From: Sedimentisphaerales bacterium
Lineage (GTDB): Bacteria; Planctomycetota; Phycisphaerae; Sedimentisphaerales; Anaerobacaceae
Assembly (NCBI GenBank): GCA_963708075.1
Contig: OY970194.1
Span: forward strand, 4,704,001-4,768,000
Length of the DNA: 64,000 nucleotides
Direction: 5' to 3'
Positions within the stretch are counted from its first letter, which is position 1; the number at the start of each line of letters is the position of its first letter. The position numbers were made by a program, and so were the translations under genes. A model generated the notes under the pieces. It saw nothing but the letters and a program-made list of their open reading frames with translations, made no database searches and was not told the DNA's origin. Of the stretch, positions 19,013 to 28,421 are shown piece after piece.

Positions 19013-19816
19013 TCATGCTCCTTCTTTGAGGGCTTCGAACCAGGCAATGGATTTGTCGTTGTCTTGTCGCGCAATCGTGAAGCCACGGAATTGTCGGGCC
19101 AAGTCACCCACGGTGAAGAACGGAGGCGTGAAAAAGCCGTGGCGGATGGCAAATCGCCGAACAAACCAGTCGGAGAGCCTTCGGGCGCCTTGGATATAGC
19201 CGCAGGCAATCAGCGCCCCATCCTGGCGAAGGACCCGGTGCATCTCCGACGCCATGCCCTGCTTGTCGGCAAAGGCGTGCCAGCCGTTCATTGAGAGCAC
19301 CATGTCCACGGCCGCATCGCCGACAGGCAGGTGAGTTGCATCGGCTTTGATCAGATGGACATTGTTCACACCCTGCTCCCGAAAGCGAGCCCTTGCCTTT
19401 CGCAGCATGTTCATCGAGATGTCCACGCCTATGATCGTGGCCGAAGGGTAGCGGCTGTAGAGAGAGGCAGTGAACACCCCTGTTCCTACAGGCACATCCA
19501 ACAGAATGCCCTCAAATCGGTCCGGCAGGAGCGCCAACGCCTTTTCGATCGGGTCGCGGTCACTGGGGAACCCCCAGACGATCCTGCAAAGGACTTTCAT
19601 GGCGACCGTGGAGGAAAGCATATAGGAGTCGTAACGTGGCACAACCTTGTCATAGGCACTGGCGATCCTGTCGTTCCGCTCAGGACAGAAATCGACAATG
19701 CCGTCGATGACAGGATAAGTCACGTCTGCGTGCTCCACACGCAGGAACGAACGCGTCTCATCGAAACGAAGCCTGTTGCCTGTCTTCGGGCATCGAAGGA
19801 TGTCTGCCCAGTCCAT
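19013..19816 (-). CDS. Class I SAM-dependent methyltransferase with Trm112-like N-terminus
   Basis: LRCPKT...YPVIDGIVDF, LLDVPVGTG, GVDIS, ADATHLP, HRVLRQDG. Confidence 0.88.
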   Translation of the reverse strand: MDWADILRCPKTGNRLRFDETRSFLRVEHADVTYPVIDGIVDFCPERNDRIASAYDKVVPRYDSYMLSSTVAMKVLCRIVWGFPSDRDPIEKALALLPDRFEGILLDVPVGTGVFTASLYSRYPSATIIGVDISMNMLRKARARFREQGVNNVHLIKADATHLPVGDAAVDMVLSMNGWHAFADKQGMASEMHRVLRQDGALIACGYIQGARRLSDWFVRRFAIRHGFFTPPFFTVGDLARQFRGFTIARQDNDKSIAWFEALKEGA

Positions 19817-19826
19817 CCGTTATCTC

Positions 19827-20456
19827 CTACGGCTGCCAGCCGGAGCCGGCGATGAGCAGGATTGCCACAACGATTGTACTCCAAAGCCACGCAGGACCGA
19901 ACATCCGCACTGTGTGCCTGTACTGCCGGTATGGCTCAGGAAACCGCACGCACATATCGTACTTCTCTTCGATCAGGGCCTGCGCTACGAATATGCCAAG
20001 CAGTGCGGGAAACATCAACAACCCATCCGGATTGCGGGTGACCAGCGCCAAACCCAGAGAAATCCAGAGGATCCCGGTGTAGATGGGGTGCCGGGAGTAC
20101 CGGTAGGCGCCCGACGTCAACAAACCTGCCCGGACATCCTGCAAACCTAGGACCTTTCTTTGCCTGACGGAGGTGACACACAGCGCGATGCCGAGACATA
20201 CCAGGATCGATCCGGCCGCGACGAAGCCGACATGAACGCCCGGATGCATCAACCATGCGGGGCGCTCATCCCATCCGCCCGCGGGCGGCAGAACTGCGAT
20301 GAGGTAGCAGCAGGCGTTGTATGCGGCCACACCGAGAATGTTGAAGAGCCAGTTCTCCATCAGCCGCTCGTGCCTTCTGCGGCATCTGAGCATATAGAAA
20401 TCGATCGAGGTCATGGCCACCAACCCACCAAGCAGAATCACGCGTACCGTCCACAT
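19827..20456 (-). CDS. Isoprenylcysteine carboxyl methyltransferase / PEMT family membrane protein
   Basis: Multiple hydrophobic segments, LLTSGAYRYSRHPIYTG, EE..M..RF.EPY..Y. Confidence 0.85.
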   Translation of the reverse strand: MWTVRVILLGGLVAMTSIDFYMLRCRRRHERLMENWLFNILGVAAYNACCYLIAVLPPAGGWDERPAWLMHPGVHVGFVAAGSILVCLGIALCVTSVRQRKVLGLQDVRAGLLTSGAYRYSRHPIYTGILWISLGLALVTRNPDGLLMFPALLGIFVAQALIEEKYDMCVRFPEPYRQYRHTVRMFGPAWLWSTIVVAILLIAGSGWQP

Positions 20457-20524
20457 ACCATCTCTCCTTGCACTTTCTCATGGATAAAATGAACCTGCCG
20501 GCCCTCAATGGAAGGACCGGCATG

Positions 20525-20552
20525 CAGGGGCGGGTTTCAAACCTGCCCGTAC
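20525..20552. repeat. REP-like hairpin
   Basis: GCAGGGGCGGGTTTCAAACCTGCCCGTAC. Confidence 0.55.
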
Positions 20553-20609
20553 GATATCCATCAAGGCGGCAGGTCGGTCGTCAGGCCCACCGCCTTATGT
20601 GGAGATCGT

Positions 20610-21905
20610 TCATTGTTCGCCCTTGATATGAGCGATGAGTTCGCGTGCGTTCTTGAGGGGGAATCTCTCCGGATCGCGAACGCCCTCACCAGCCTTCAGG
20701 CAGTTCTCGAAGGCTTCCAGCGCCTTCTCCTTTTGCCCTGTGTCCCTGTACTCAAGGCCCAGATAGAACCAGGTGGCTTCGATCCAGCCCTTGAGGTGCG
20801 GATACTCGCGAATCGCCTTCTGATAGACCTCAATTGCCTTGTCGTGCTGTTCGAGCCGGGCGTGGCACAGGCCGATCATCATTAGCGCCTCTTCCGCGAC
20901 ATTGAGCTTCGGATACGTGTTGTAGACCTGCCAATAGATCTCGATAGCCTCGGCATACTTGTTTTCCTTGTGGAACAGGTTCTCCGCCTGCTGGAACAAG
21001 GCCTGTGACTCCAGCGAATCCTTTTCATCGCCGATCGTCACATCCGGGGGGACTTCAAACAGCTCCGCAGGATACTCCTGGTTGTAGGTAAACGTCTGCG
21101 CGTCGATGTACGGCTCCCCTTCATGTTTCAAGTTGCTCCAAAGCTTGGCTCCGTCGAGCAGTTTGCTCTCGGGGTCCACGATGAGAAGGAACGAGATATT
21201 CGAGGGGGGATGCGTGCAGGTGGCGAGGATTCGCTTCCTGCCTGTGCTCGGGTCGCGATCGACGGATTGCTGCCAGTTCTCGGCAAACTGCTGAATCATC
21301 TTCGGCGCCTCACGGACCACCCACGGCGCCAGCTCGGCCGCCTTGTACCAGTATTTCAGGTCGGGGATCCCGGGGCCGTAGTACACCTGGGCGGTCTTTG
21401 CATCCGGCCAGCACTCGTACACCACATCGCCCTTGGCAACCATGATGTGATTCTGCACTTCGCCCCGCATCTTGAGAGGTGAGTTCTCCGTCGGCACCTG
21501 TACCCAGAAGCGGAACGGTACAACACTGGGCTTGGCGCCAAAGGGCCAGACGACCGTCCCTTCTATCTGCATCGTCTTGATCTGCTCGATAGCCTCGATG
21601 GTCTGCTCCATCGACCATGCGATGTTCGTTTTCCGATCCAGGCTGACGACCGCCAGTGCAATCAGCACCACGGCTGCCGCCGCACCAAATCTCACTTGTC
21701 GCTTTCTCATCAGAGTTCTCCCTAATCGGATGATCCACGCGCCCGACGGGCCATCGGTCATTTCGTTATCCAATGGACGCCGCAGCGCATCGACCGCCCC
21801 GGCGTGCCTCTGTCGCCATGCCTCGAAGTCCGGCGCGGGCGGATCGCCCGGCGCCGTCCGGCGGATGGCTCCCTCAAGGTCCTGTTCGTTGTACATGCGT
21901 TCCAT
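20610..21905 (-). CDS. Putative anti-sigma factor: single TM, periplasmic domain, C-terminal TPRs
   Basis: ATG 21905 directly after the ECF sigma stop; TM GAAAAVVLIALAVV; three TPR-like repeats. Confidence 0.75.
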   Translation of the reverse strand: MERMYNEQDLEGAIRRTAPGDPPAPDFEAWRQRHAGAVDALRRPLDNEMTDGPSGAWIIRLGRTLMRKRQVRFGAAAAVVLIALAVVSLDRKTNIAWSMEQTIEAIEQIKTMQIEGTVVWPFGAKPSVVPFRFWVQVPTENSPLKMRGEVQNHIMVAKGDVVYECWPDAKTAQVYYGPGIPDLKYWYKAAELAPWVVREAPKMIQQFAENWQQSVDRDPSTGRKRILATCTHPPSNISFLLIVDPESKLLDGAKLWSNLKHEGEPYIDAQTFTYNQEYPAELFEVPPDVTIGDEKDSLESQALFQQAENLFHKENKYAEAIEIYWQVYNTYPKLNVAEEALMMIGLCHARLEQHDKAIEVYQKAIREYPHLKGWIEATWFYLGLEYRDTGQKEKALEAFENCLKAGEGVRDPERFPLKNARELIAHIKGEQ

Positions 21906-21907
21906 GG

Positions 21908-22462
21908 TTATCGCTCCCGGCAGAAGCCTTCTTTCTCCAGGTGGTCCTGGATTTGCCGCCTGGCCCGGGCCAGGCGCCCCTTGACCTTGTCCCCGGAGAT
22001 GTTCAGCACGGACTCGATCTGCCTGTAACTCATCCCGCTGTAGTAGTGCAGGACGATGACTTCGCGATACATGGGCGGCAAGCCGTCCACAGCTTCCTTG
22101 ACGATCCGGTCGAACCCATCGGAGCCGGAATGCGCAGGCTCCTCGGTAACCGCAAGCTTCTGGAGCCCCGCATCGCGTCTTCTGGCCCGGGCGATATCCT
22201 GGGCAGCGTTGCGGCAGATCGTCCCCAGCCATGGGCCGAAGCGGTCGAGTTGCCGCAGGCTTCGCATCTTCGCGCACGCCGTGGCGAATGCCTGCTGTGC
22301 CGCATCTTCCGCCAAGCCCCGATCCAGGAGCACCGAGTAAGCGACCCAGACCATCGGGGCGTAGTATTTCTCATAGAGTCCGGCCAGGGCTTCTGAATCG
22401 CCCCTGCACGCCGCCTCTATCGCGGCTCTCTCATTGTCTTCGCAAAGTCTCAACACGTTCAT
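21908..22462 (-). CDS. ECF RNA polymerase sigma factor
   Basis: GD.EALAGLYEKY, AEDAAQQAF, FGPWL, LPPMYREVIVLHYYSGMSY, VKGRLARAR. Confidence 0.93.
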   Translation of the reverse strand: MNVLRLCEDNERAAIEAACRGDSEALAGLYEKYYAPMVWVAYSVLLDRGLAEDAAQQAFATACAKMRSLRQLDRFGPWLGTICRNAAQDIARARRRDAGLQKLAVTEEPAHSGSDGFDRIVKEAVDGLPPMYREVIVLHYYSGMSYRQIESVLNISGDKVKGRLARARRQIQDHLEKEGFCRER

Positions 22463-22496
22463 CCGTTACAGGCTCACTGATCAGTGTCTATCATAA

Positions 22497-22524
22497 AGAC
22501 GTACCAGGGAAACTGAAAGTGCGC
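22497..22524 (-). promoter_or_regulatory. Putative ECF promoter GCGCACTTT-N13-ACGTCT, copy 1
   Basis: Same boxes and spacing as 24972-24999; about 35 nt upstream of the ECF sigma start. Confidence 0.7.
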
Positions 22525-22564
22525 CCGGATGAACGATTAGATGCACGTATGTCCTGTTCCGGCT

Positions 22565-24814
22565 TCACGGTGACATGCCGGCTTCGCTCGTGCCGCCATA
22601 GGCGCCCAGGTTGATGCGGCCGCCGTTCGGGGCAGTCTCGTCACCGACACCCATTGCGGGATCGCCGGCATTGACGCATGGGCTCGTAGCGGCATCCACC
22701 ACCCATTGCTGAGCATCCGCATCCCATCGGCCCGCCTGAGACTGGAGATGATAATCGCCGCCGACCCAGACGGCGCCGTCCCAGGAGCCTGATCGGGCAA
22801 AACACGGATCGACGTCCAGGTTTCCGTCACCCGGCCAGCCGCCTTTTACATCGCTGTATGTCACCGCTGATGAACGACCGTAGATCTGCTGGCCGTTTGC
22901 GTCTGCATTGTTGAAGTAGAGAATCGAGTTGACGACTGTCGGGCTGCCGCCTTTGATGCCATAATCCAGGTTCTCGACAATCGTGCAGTTGATGATTTGC
23001 GGGTCGTTGTGGGACATGCCTGTGCGTCCCTCCTGCGGATCCATCATGATACCCGAGCCCCGGTTGCCGGCGATGACGCAGTTGCGAATCATGGGTCGGG
23101 TGTAACTGTACAGTTCGATGCCCGCCCCGCTATTGGCCACGATGCGGCAACGGCGAATAGTCGGCGATGCATGATTGCAGTAGATCGCCGTCTTGGCCCC
23201 GCTGATGGTCAGGCCCGCCAGCACGCAGTTGGCATCTTCACCGCTGGTGAAACTCAGGGCCGGCGCAGACTCTGTGCCGCTGATCACGGTTGTGGCCACG
23301 ATCCGAGAGTCATTCGGATCGGTCGAGGTAAGCGTCACACGCTTGCCCTTCATAGCAATCCCCTCACTGCCGGCCCCGGAATACCTGCCGGGCCGGAGCA
23401 CGATGGTGTCGCCGGGACGGGCAGCGTCGATCGCCGCCTGGATCGTGCGGTAACCGATTGAGCCGATGGCAATTGCGTGGGGCTGTCCGGTGGCAGCCGA
23501 GACGCGAAACTCGGCAATCCCCGGCTCCCCCCAATCGACGCCTGTCACCGTCAAACGCACGTACCGTGCCGGTATAGGCTCAAATGTGTCTGTAACCGGT
23601 TCCATGGCGGTCCCAGCCGTTGTGTTGTTCGTGCGATCCACCACCTGAGCGTAGGCATCCTCCGCCTGCGCCTTCACCTCCACGCGGAACTGACAAGCCT
23701 GCCAAAGCGGACACACCACCTGCGTTCGATGGATCGGGTAGACATCGCCGAGATCCACTTCCAGCCACTGCGGCAGGCCTTCTGCACTCCAGTAGGTCTG
23801 TGTATCAGCGTCAACAGCCTGCGAGGCGGGGTACCCCAGCGATTCCGCTGAAAAGGCAATGCGATGATCGAGCGCGATATTTGTATTGTCGCCAAAGAGC
23901 ACGATTCTGTCGATTGCAGGGCCCGCCTCATCCGCAAGGTTGCGCACCTCCACCACATTGTCGCCCGAATTGAGACGCGCATAGGCAGTCACACTGCCCC
24001 ATACATCCCAGGCCCCGGTGGGAGCGCAAAGCAAGTTGGGCTCTATCACGGCCCCGTTGACAACGACTTGGACACCGATGCCCCGTGACGTGCCGTTGCT
24101 GTAGCGCAACAGGAGGGCCCTCGTTTCTGCCATGCCAATGTTGAGAATCCCTTGGATGGCATCCGGCTGGCTCCCCAGCCGAATGTACCCGGCGCCTGAA
24201 TATCCGGCAAAGGCCGTTTCGATCCGTTCGTCAGGAATGGCTGCGGCTTCTTCCGCTTCGAGAGTCACGGGGTCGTACTCAATGACGTAGGCCATGGGTC
24301 CAAAGCCCGATGAGTTCGTCTGATCGTTCCAGGTGGGCGCCGGACCTCCGGATCCCAGATAGTGAATCCGATCTTCATTCAGAGCGCCGGCGGTCTGAGA
24401 GGGCTCGCCCGCACGCCAAGCCGTGTACTCGAAAGGCTCGCCCGTAACCCAGACCCAGCCCCCCGCCGGCTCTGAAGAACCGGGCAGTTGGTAACCGCCG
24501 AGCCAGGGTCCGTAGTCATTACCTATCGCCTGGACAAACAGATCGGTGCTCATGGCGTACACGAAGTCATTCTCCGCCTCCGAAGCGATCGTAGCCAGAT
24601 ACCCACCCGCTAGAGTGGCTATCTGGTCTGCCGAGGTCCATGGAATCAACTCAGATACGCCCACCGCCTGGTAGGCGTGACCATTGCCCCCTTCCTCGAC
24701 AGGCCAGAGACGAGCCGCAGCAGTTGTCTGCTCCCAATCGTCTGCGGCAGAGACGACAGCGAGATTAAGGAACAACAGGATCATTGCGACTACAGGGACT
24801 TGTCTGTGGTTCAT
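22565..24814 (-). CDS. Secreted multidomain protein: C-type-lectin-like, CBM35-like, F5/8 discoidin, right-handed beta-helix
   Basis: Signal peptide; GGYLATI.SEAEN/WLGG/WVWVTGE; EAE...FAGYSGAGY; AVD...TYW/WLEVDLG/ARYVRL; TIQAAID and parallel beta-helix repeats. Confidence 0.8.
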   Translation of the reverse strand: MNHRQVPVVAMILLFLNLAVVSAADDWEQTTAAARLWPVEEGGNGHAYQAVGVSELIPWTSADQIATLAGGYLATIASEAENDFVYAMSTDLFVQAIGNDYGPWLGGYQLPGSSEPAGGWVWVTGEPFEYTAWRAGEPSQTAGALNEDRIHYLGSGGPAPTWNDQTNSSGFGPMAYVIEYDPVTLEAEEAAAIPDERIETAFAGYSGAGYIRLGSQPDAIQGILNIGMAETRALLLRYSNGTSRGIGVQVVVNGAVIEPNLLCAPTGAWDVWGSVTAYARLNSGDNVVEVRNLADEAGPAIDRIVLFGDNTNIALDHRIAFSAESLGYPASQAVDADTQTYWSAEGLPQWLEVDLGDVYPIHRTQVVCPLWQACQFRVEVKAQAEDAYAQVVDRTNNTTAGTAMEPVTDTFEPIPARYVRLTVTGVDWGEPGIAEFRVSAATGQPHAIAIGSIGYRTIQAAIDAARPGDTIVLRPGRYSGAGSEGIAMKGKRVTLTSTDPNDSRIVATTVISGTESAPALSFTSGEDANCVLAGLTISGAKTAIYCNHASPTIRRCRIVANSGAGIELYSYTRPMIRNCVIAGNRGSGIMMDPQEGRTGMSHNDPQIINCTIVENLDYGIKGGSPTVVNSILYFNNADANGQQIYGRSSAVTYSDVKGGWPGDGNLDVDPCFARSGSWDGAVWVGGDYHLQSQAGRWDADAQQWVVDAATSPCVNAGDPAMGVGDETAPNGGRINLGAYGGTSEAGMSP

Positions 24815-24971
24815 ACTCTTCTCCTCTAACAGAATGCGTGCATCGATTCAGGCTTTCCGCCGCGCCTTTATAGCTATGTCTCTTTTAGACGCAGAAACCG
24901 GCGACGAATCTGTAAAAATAATCCTCCCGGAATCCCGCCTGTGACCGGCCGGTGGACTGTATCCAATTCAT

Positions 24972-24999
24972 AGACGTGCCGCAGGGTCAAAAAGTGCGC
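24972..24999 (-). promoter_or_regulatory. Putative ECF promoter GCGCACTTT-N13-ACGTCT, copy 2
   Basis: Same boxes and spacing as 22497-22524; upstream of the lectin/beta-helix gene. Confidence 0.7.
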
Positions 25000-25066
25000 A
25001 AAGGGACCGGATGCAGTCACCGTATGGACCGGCAGATCCACAGAAGGCGGCATCAGCCTGTGATGG

Positions 25067-26083
25067 CTATCTTGCCGGGCTTATCTTCCGGCTGCGCCTC
25101 CTGCGGATGATGACTCCAACGATGGGGAGAGCTCCCACGCCAAGCCAGGCGGCGTTGTCCGAGGCGATCGACCCGAGATCGATCTGCGTGTAATCCGCCG
25201 GGATGTTCGGGTCGAATGTCCCGGCCGGAATCACCGCATTCCACTGGTAATCATACGTCGTGATCTCCACGTGAACCTTCTGAAAGTAAGTCATCAAGCC
25301 TCGATCTGCGTCAACCTCTATCTCGGCACCGACCGGCAGACTGGTCCGGACATCGACGAACAATCGCGCGGTCAGGTTCTGAATCGGGAAGAGGTACTTC
25401 GTGTGCGCCGGCAGCCAGGAGAGGTCGAAATCGGTCGCCTCGAACCCCTCCACGTCGAAACCGTCGAGGTGGGACCGACCCAGCTTGGTATACGGAACCG
25501 AGGTGAAGTAGTTGACCAAACCCGCAGGGACAATCATCTTACAGAGTTGTTCATAGAGCTCCTTGGGGGCGGGCAGTTGGATGTACTTCTTGACCTGCGG
25601 GAACAGGATGATCACCTGCTGCTGCTCCCTGGGAAGGTAGATGCGGTAAAGGAGAGCCCCGTTCGGATCGTATTGTTCCTCGACCATTCCGCGGTCCGTC
25701 GAGAAGTAGTTTTGGACCTCGCCCGTGAAGAAGGGCTTGTCCTCTCCCAGGCGATAGACGACACGCCTTTGCTTGTGGATCACGGTGTGCGTCTCGCTGA
25801 GTTTCTGCGCCACGTCGGCCAGAACGACGCCGTGCCGGCCGAACGGGTTCAGGAGCACGAGTGATGCTGTGAGGATAATTGTAGCAGCGACAGAATACTT
25901 CGTGATTCTGCTTTCCATGATCGTTCTCCAGATGGCAGGACCCGGCCCGGGGGCCTGTGGTCGGTTGTTCATACTCGCAGCCAGAGCGGCACGGGCATCG
26001 CCAAGGATTCGCTCGTCAGTGGCCTGGCCCGCTCGCATGCAAGCCTGCCCGACGATCTGTTCCACCTGCTTCGAGGACTTCAT
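25067..26083 (-). CDS. Putative anti-sigma factor-like membrane protein
   Basis: Directly downstream of an ECF sigma; IWRTIMESRITKYSVAA followed by a TM, a periplasmic domain and a C-terminal TM. Confidence 0.72.
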   Translation of the reverse strand: MKSSKQVEQIVGQACMRAGQATDERILGDARAALAASMNNRPQAPGPGPAIWRTIMESRITKYSVAATIILTASLVLLNPFGRHGVVLADVAQKLSETHTVIHKQRRVVYRLGEDKPFFTGEVQNYFSTDRGMVEEQYDPNGALLYRIYLPREQQQVIILFPQVKKYIQLPAPKELYEQLCKMIVPAGLVNYFTSVPYTKLGRSHLDGFDVEGFEATDFDLSWLPAHTKYLFPIQNLTARLFVDVRTSLPVGAEIEVDADRGLMTYFQKVHVEITTYDYQWNAVIPAGTFDPNIPADYTQIDLGSIASDNAAWLGVGALPIVGVIIRRRRSRKISPAR

Positions 26084-26095
26084 ATCTGTCGTCCG

Positions 26096-26677
26096 TTATA
26101 GAAGGGTTCTCAGCTTCTCGATGCCATAGCGATAGCGGCTCTGGACCGTGTTGATCGAGAGATCCAGTTGACCGGCGATCTCTCGAAACGTCTGTTGTCC
26201 GCGGATGCGCAAGGCGATCACCTCGCGTTGTTCGGCCGGCAGTTGGGCCAGCGCCTCGAAGACCCGGGTCGATTCCTCCGAGACAATCAGCCTTCGCGCC
26301 GGACAGTCGCAATCCTCGGCGCAGTCCAGTTCGTCCGCAAGCGGTACGGGCTGCAACTGGTGCCTCTTGATCTGGTTTTTCGCCCGATTCGCCACGCAGC
26401 GCACAAGGTACCCTCTAAGGTTCCTGGTCGCACGCAGGTCCGCCGGGGCCGCCGCGAAGTGGACGAACACATCGTGCACACAATCCTCCGCCGCGTAACG
26501 GTCATTCAGCAGCGACATGGCCACGGTCAGCAGGTCGTCCTTGTACCGATGATAGACCTGATGCAGCGCATCCATATCCCCGCGACGCACGCGATGTACC
26601 AGACGTCTGTCTCTCAAGGCAGCCCTTTCTGCACCCGGCTCCGTCGTGGCCACGCCCGGCGCCGGCGGAACGTTCAT
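26096..26677 (-). CDS. ECF RNA polymerase sigma factor
   Basis: GDMDAL..VY.RY, AEDCVHDVF, LPAEQREVIALR, TFREIA, NTVQSRYRYG. Confidence 0.93.
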   Translation of the reverse strand: MNVPPAPGVATTEPGAERAALRDRRLVHRVRRGDMDALHQVYHRYKDDLLTVAMSLLNDRYAAEDCVHDVFVHFAAAPADLRATRNLRGYLVRCVANRAKNQIKRHQLQPVPLADELDCAEDCDCPARRLIVSEESTRVFEALAQLPAEQREVIALRIRGQQTFREIAGQLDLSINTVQSRYRYGIEKLRTLL

Positions 26678-26761
26678 CCACAGTCAAGACAAGCGAGCCG
26701 CTCATTTTAGTCTATCATGTCGGCTTTCGCTCGCCTCTTCATGCCGCCGGACGTGCCAATG

Positions 26762-26785
26762 AAAAGGCCCCGCCGGAGCGGGGCC
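26762..26785 (-). terminator. Intrinsic terminator after the HtrA gene
   Basis: Minus strand GGCCCCGCTCCGGCGGGGCC followed by TTTT. Confidence 0.7.
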
Positions 26786-26809
26786 GATGGATTGCAGATT
26801 GTGGTGCCG

Positions 26810-28291
26810 CTACTCTTTTTTCTCCTGTTGCAGGACCACGTAGCGGTCCACGCTTTCATCTCTGACCAGCAGCAGGACCTTGCCGCGGCTCTGGGCCTTG
26901 CGCACCGCGTCCTTGAATTCCTTGACGCTGCTGATTCGCTCGCGATCTACCTCTCGGATCAGCGCTCCTCTTGCGATTCCCTTCTCGTCGGCCTCTGAGC
27001 CGGACTCGACCTCGGTGACCACCACGCCTTCCATTCCCTCGTACCCAAGCCGCTCGGCCAATTCGTCCGTCAACGCCTGCACGGAGAAACCCAGGCTGCC
27101 AGGAGATTCCGGCTGCTCGCTCGAAGCGGTGACATCGTCGGGCCTCTTGGCCAGCTTGACGGCGAAGTCCATCCGTTTGCCCTCTCTCAGGATCACCAGC
27201 TCGACCTTACTATCCGGCTTGTGCATGGCGACACGGTTGCGGAAATCGTTGGCGCTGTCCACGGGCGCGCCGTCAAACTCGACGACCACATCGCCTCGCT
27301 TGATTCCGGCCTCATCGGCGGCGGAACCCTCCGTGACCTGGGAGATCAGAACGCCCTTGGTATCCTTGAGTCCGAAGAACTCCGCCATGTCCGGCTCGAT
27401 GTCCTCCGGGTAAACTCCGAGGAAGCCTCGCACGACGGAGCCGCTCTCCTTCAGTTGCGTATAGACATGTTTCGCCATATTGATGGGGATGGCCAGTCCG
27501 ATGCCGATATTTCCGCCGGGACCGATGATCGCGGTATTGATCCCCACCACTTTGCCGTCCAGGTTCAGCAGGGGTCCGCCCGAATTGCCGAAGTTGATCG
27601 CGGCGTCGGTCTGGATGAAGTCCTCATAATTGGCGACGCCCAGGCTGCTGCGGCCCTTGGCGCTGACGATTCCCGCCGTGACCGTGTGGCTCAGACCGAA
27701 CGGGTTGCCGATAGCGATCACCCATTCGCCGACTTCGAGGCCGGCGGAGTCGGCCAGTTCGAGAAACGGCAGGCCCTCGGCCTCCACCTTAATGACGGCG
27801 ACATCGGAATCCGCGTCGGCGCCGATGACCTTGGCGTCCACTGTCCGGCCGTCCGAGAGCTTGACGCTGACCTTCTCCGTCTGGCCGACGAGATGGTTGT
27901 TGGTCAGGATATAGCCGTCGGCGGTCACGATGAAGCCGGAGCCCTGGGCGATCTCCTTCGGCCGCGGCCGGGAGTACTGGCGGGGCATCTGCCGGCGGAA
28001 AAAGTACTCGAACAGGTCTTCTTCGGTGGAGGGGCCGGTCGGGCCGTTCTCCAAGGATTCTTGCGACTCGCGGTCACTCCTGGTGGATTTCGTAGCTTTG
28101 ATGCCCACCACGGCCGGCGACGCCTTACCCGCGATCGCGGCAAAGGCCTTGCCCATCTGCCGAAGCGCCGCGATGCTCTGGTCGTCCTCCCCATACGCCG
28201 AAACCGGCAACACGGACAGAAAAAGTACGGTAATAACCGACGGTATCAACCGGCGGAATTTGCTCTCTGTATGCACAGTGCTCGTGCTCAT
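26810..28291 (-). CDS. degP: Do/HtrA family serine endopeptidase with two PDZ domains
   Basis: GSGFIV, TNNH, DVAVIK, IQTDAAINFGNSGGPL, two PDZ domains, signal peptide. Confidence 0.92.
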   Translation of the reverse strand: MSTSTVHTESKFRRLIPSVITVLFLSVLPVSAYGEDDQSIAALRQMGKAFAAIAGKASPAVVGIKATKSTRSDRESQESLENGPTGPSTEEDLFEYFFRRQMPRQYSRPRPKEIAQGSGFIVTADGYILTNNHLVGQTEKVSVKLSDGRTVDAKVIGADADSDVAVIKVEAEGLPFLELADSAGLEVGEWVIAIGNPFGLSHTVTAGIVSAKGRSSLGVANYEDFIQTDAAINFGNSGGPLLNLDGKVVGINTAIIGPGGNIGIGLAIPINMAKHVYTQLKESGSVVRGFLGVYPEDIEPDMAEFFGLKDTKGVLISQVTEGSAADEAGIKRGDVVVEFDGAPVDSANDFRNRVAMHKPDSKVELVILREGKRMDFAVKLAKRPDDVTASSEQPESPGSLGFSVQALTDELAERLGYEGMEGVVVTEVESGSEADEKGIARGALIREVDRERISSVKEFKDAVRKAQSRGKVLLLVRDESVDRYVVLQQEKKE

Positions 28292-28421
28292 CGCTATTCT
28301 CCAACTGCTTGTCGAAAACCACAAGACCCCAGGGTCGCTTCAACTGCCACCCCTTTGAATCTAGGATGCATCCACTTATACCGCCCAGCCTCACGCTGTC
28401 AAGCCCTTTCCACCGCACCCC

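Noticed and set aside
20610..22277. 555-aa version of the anti-sigma ORF
   Set aside because: The extension overlaps the ECF sigma gene in another frame; ATG 21905 right after the sigma stop is more plausible.
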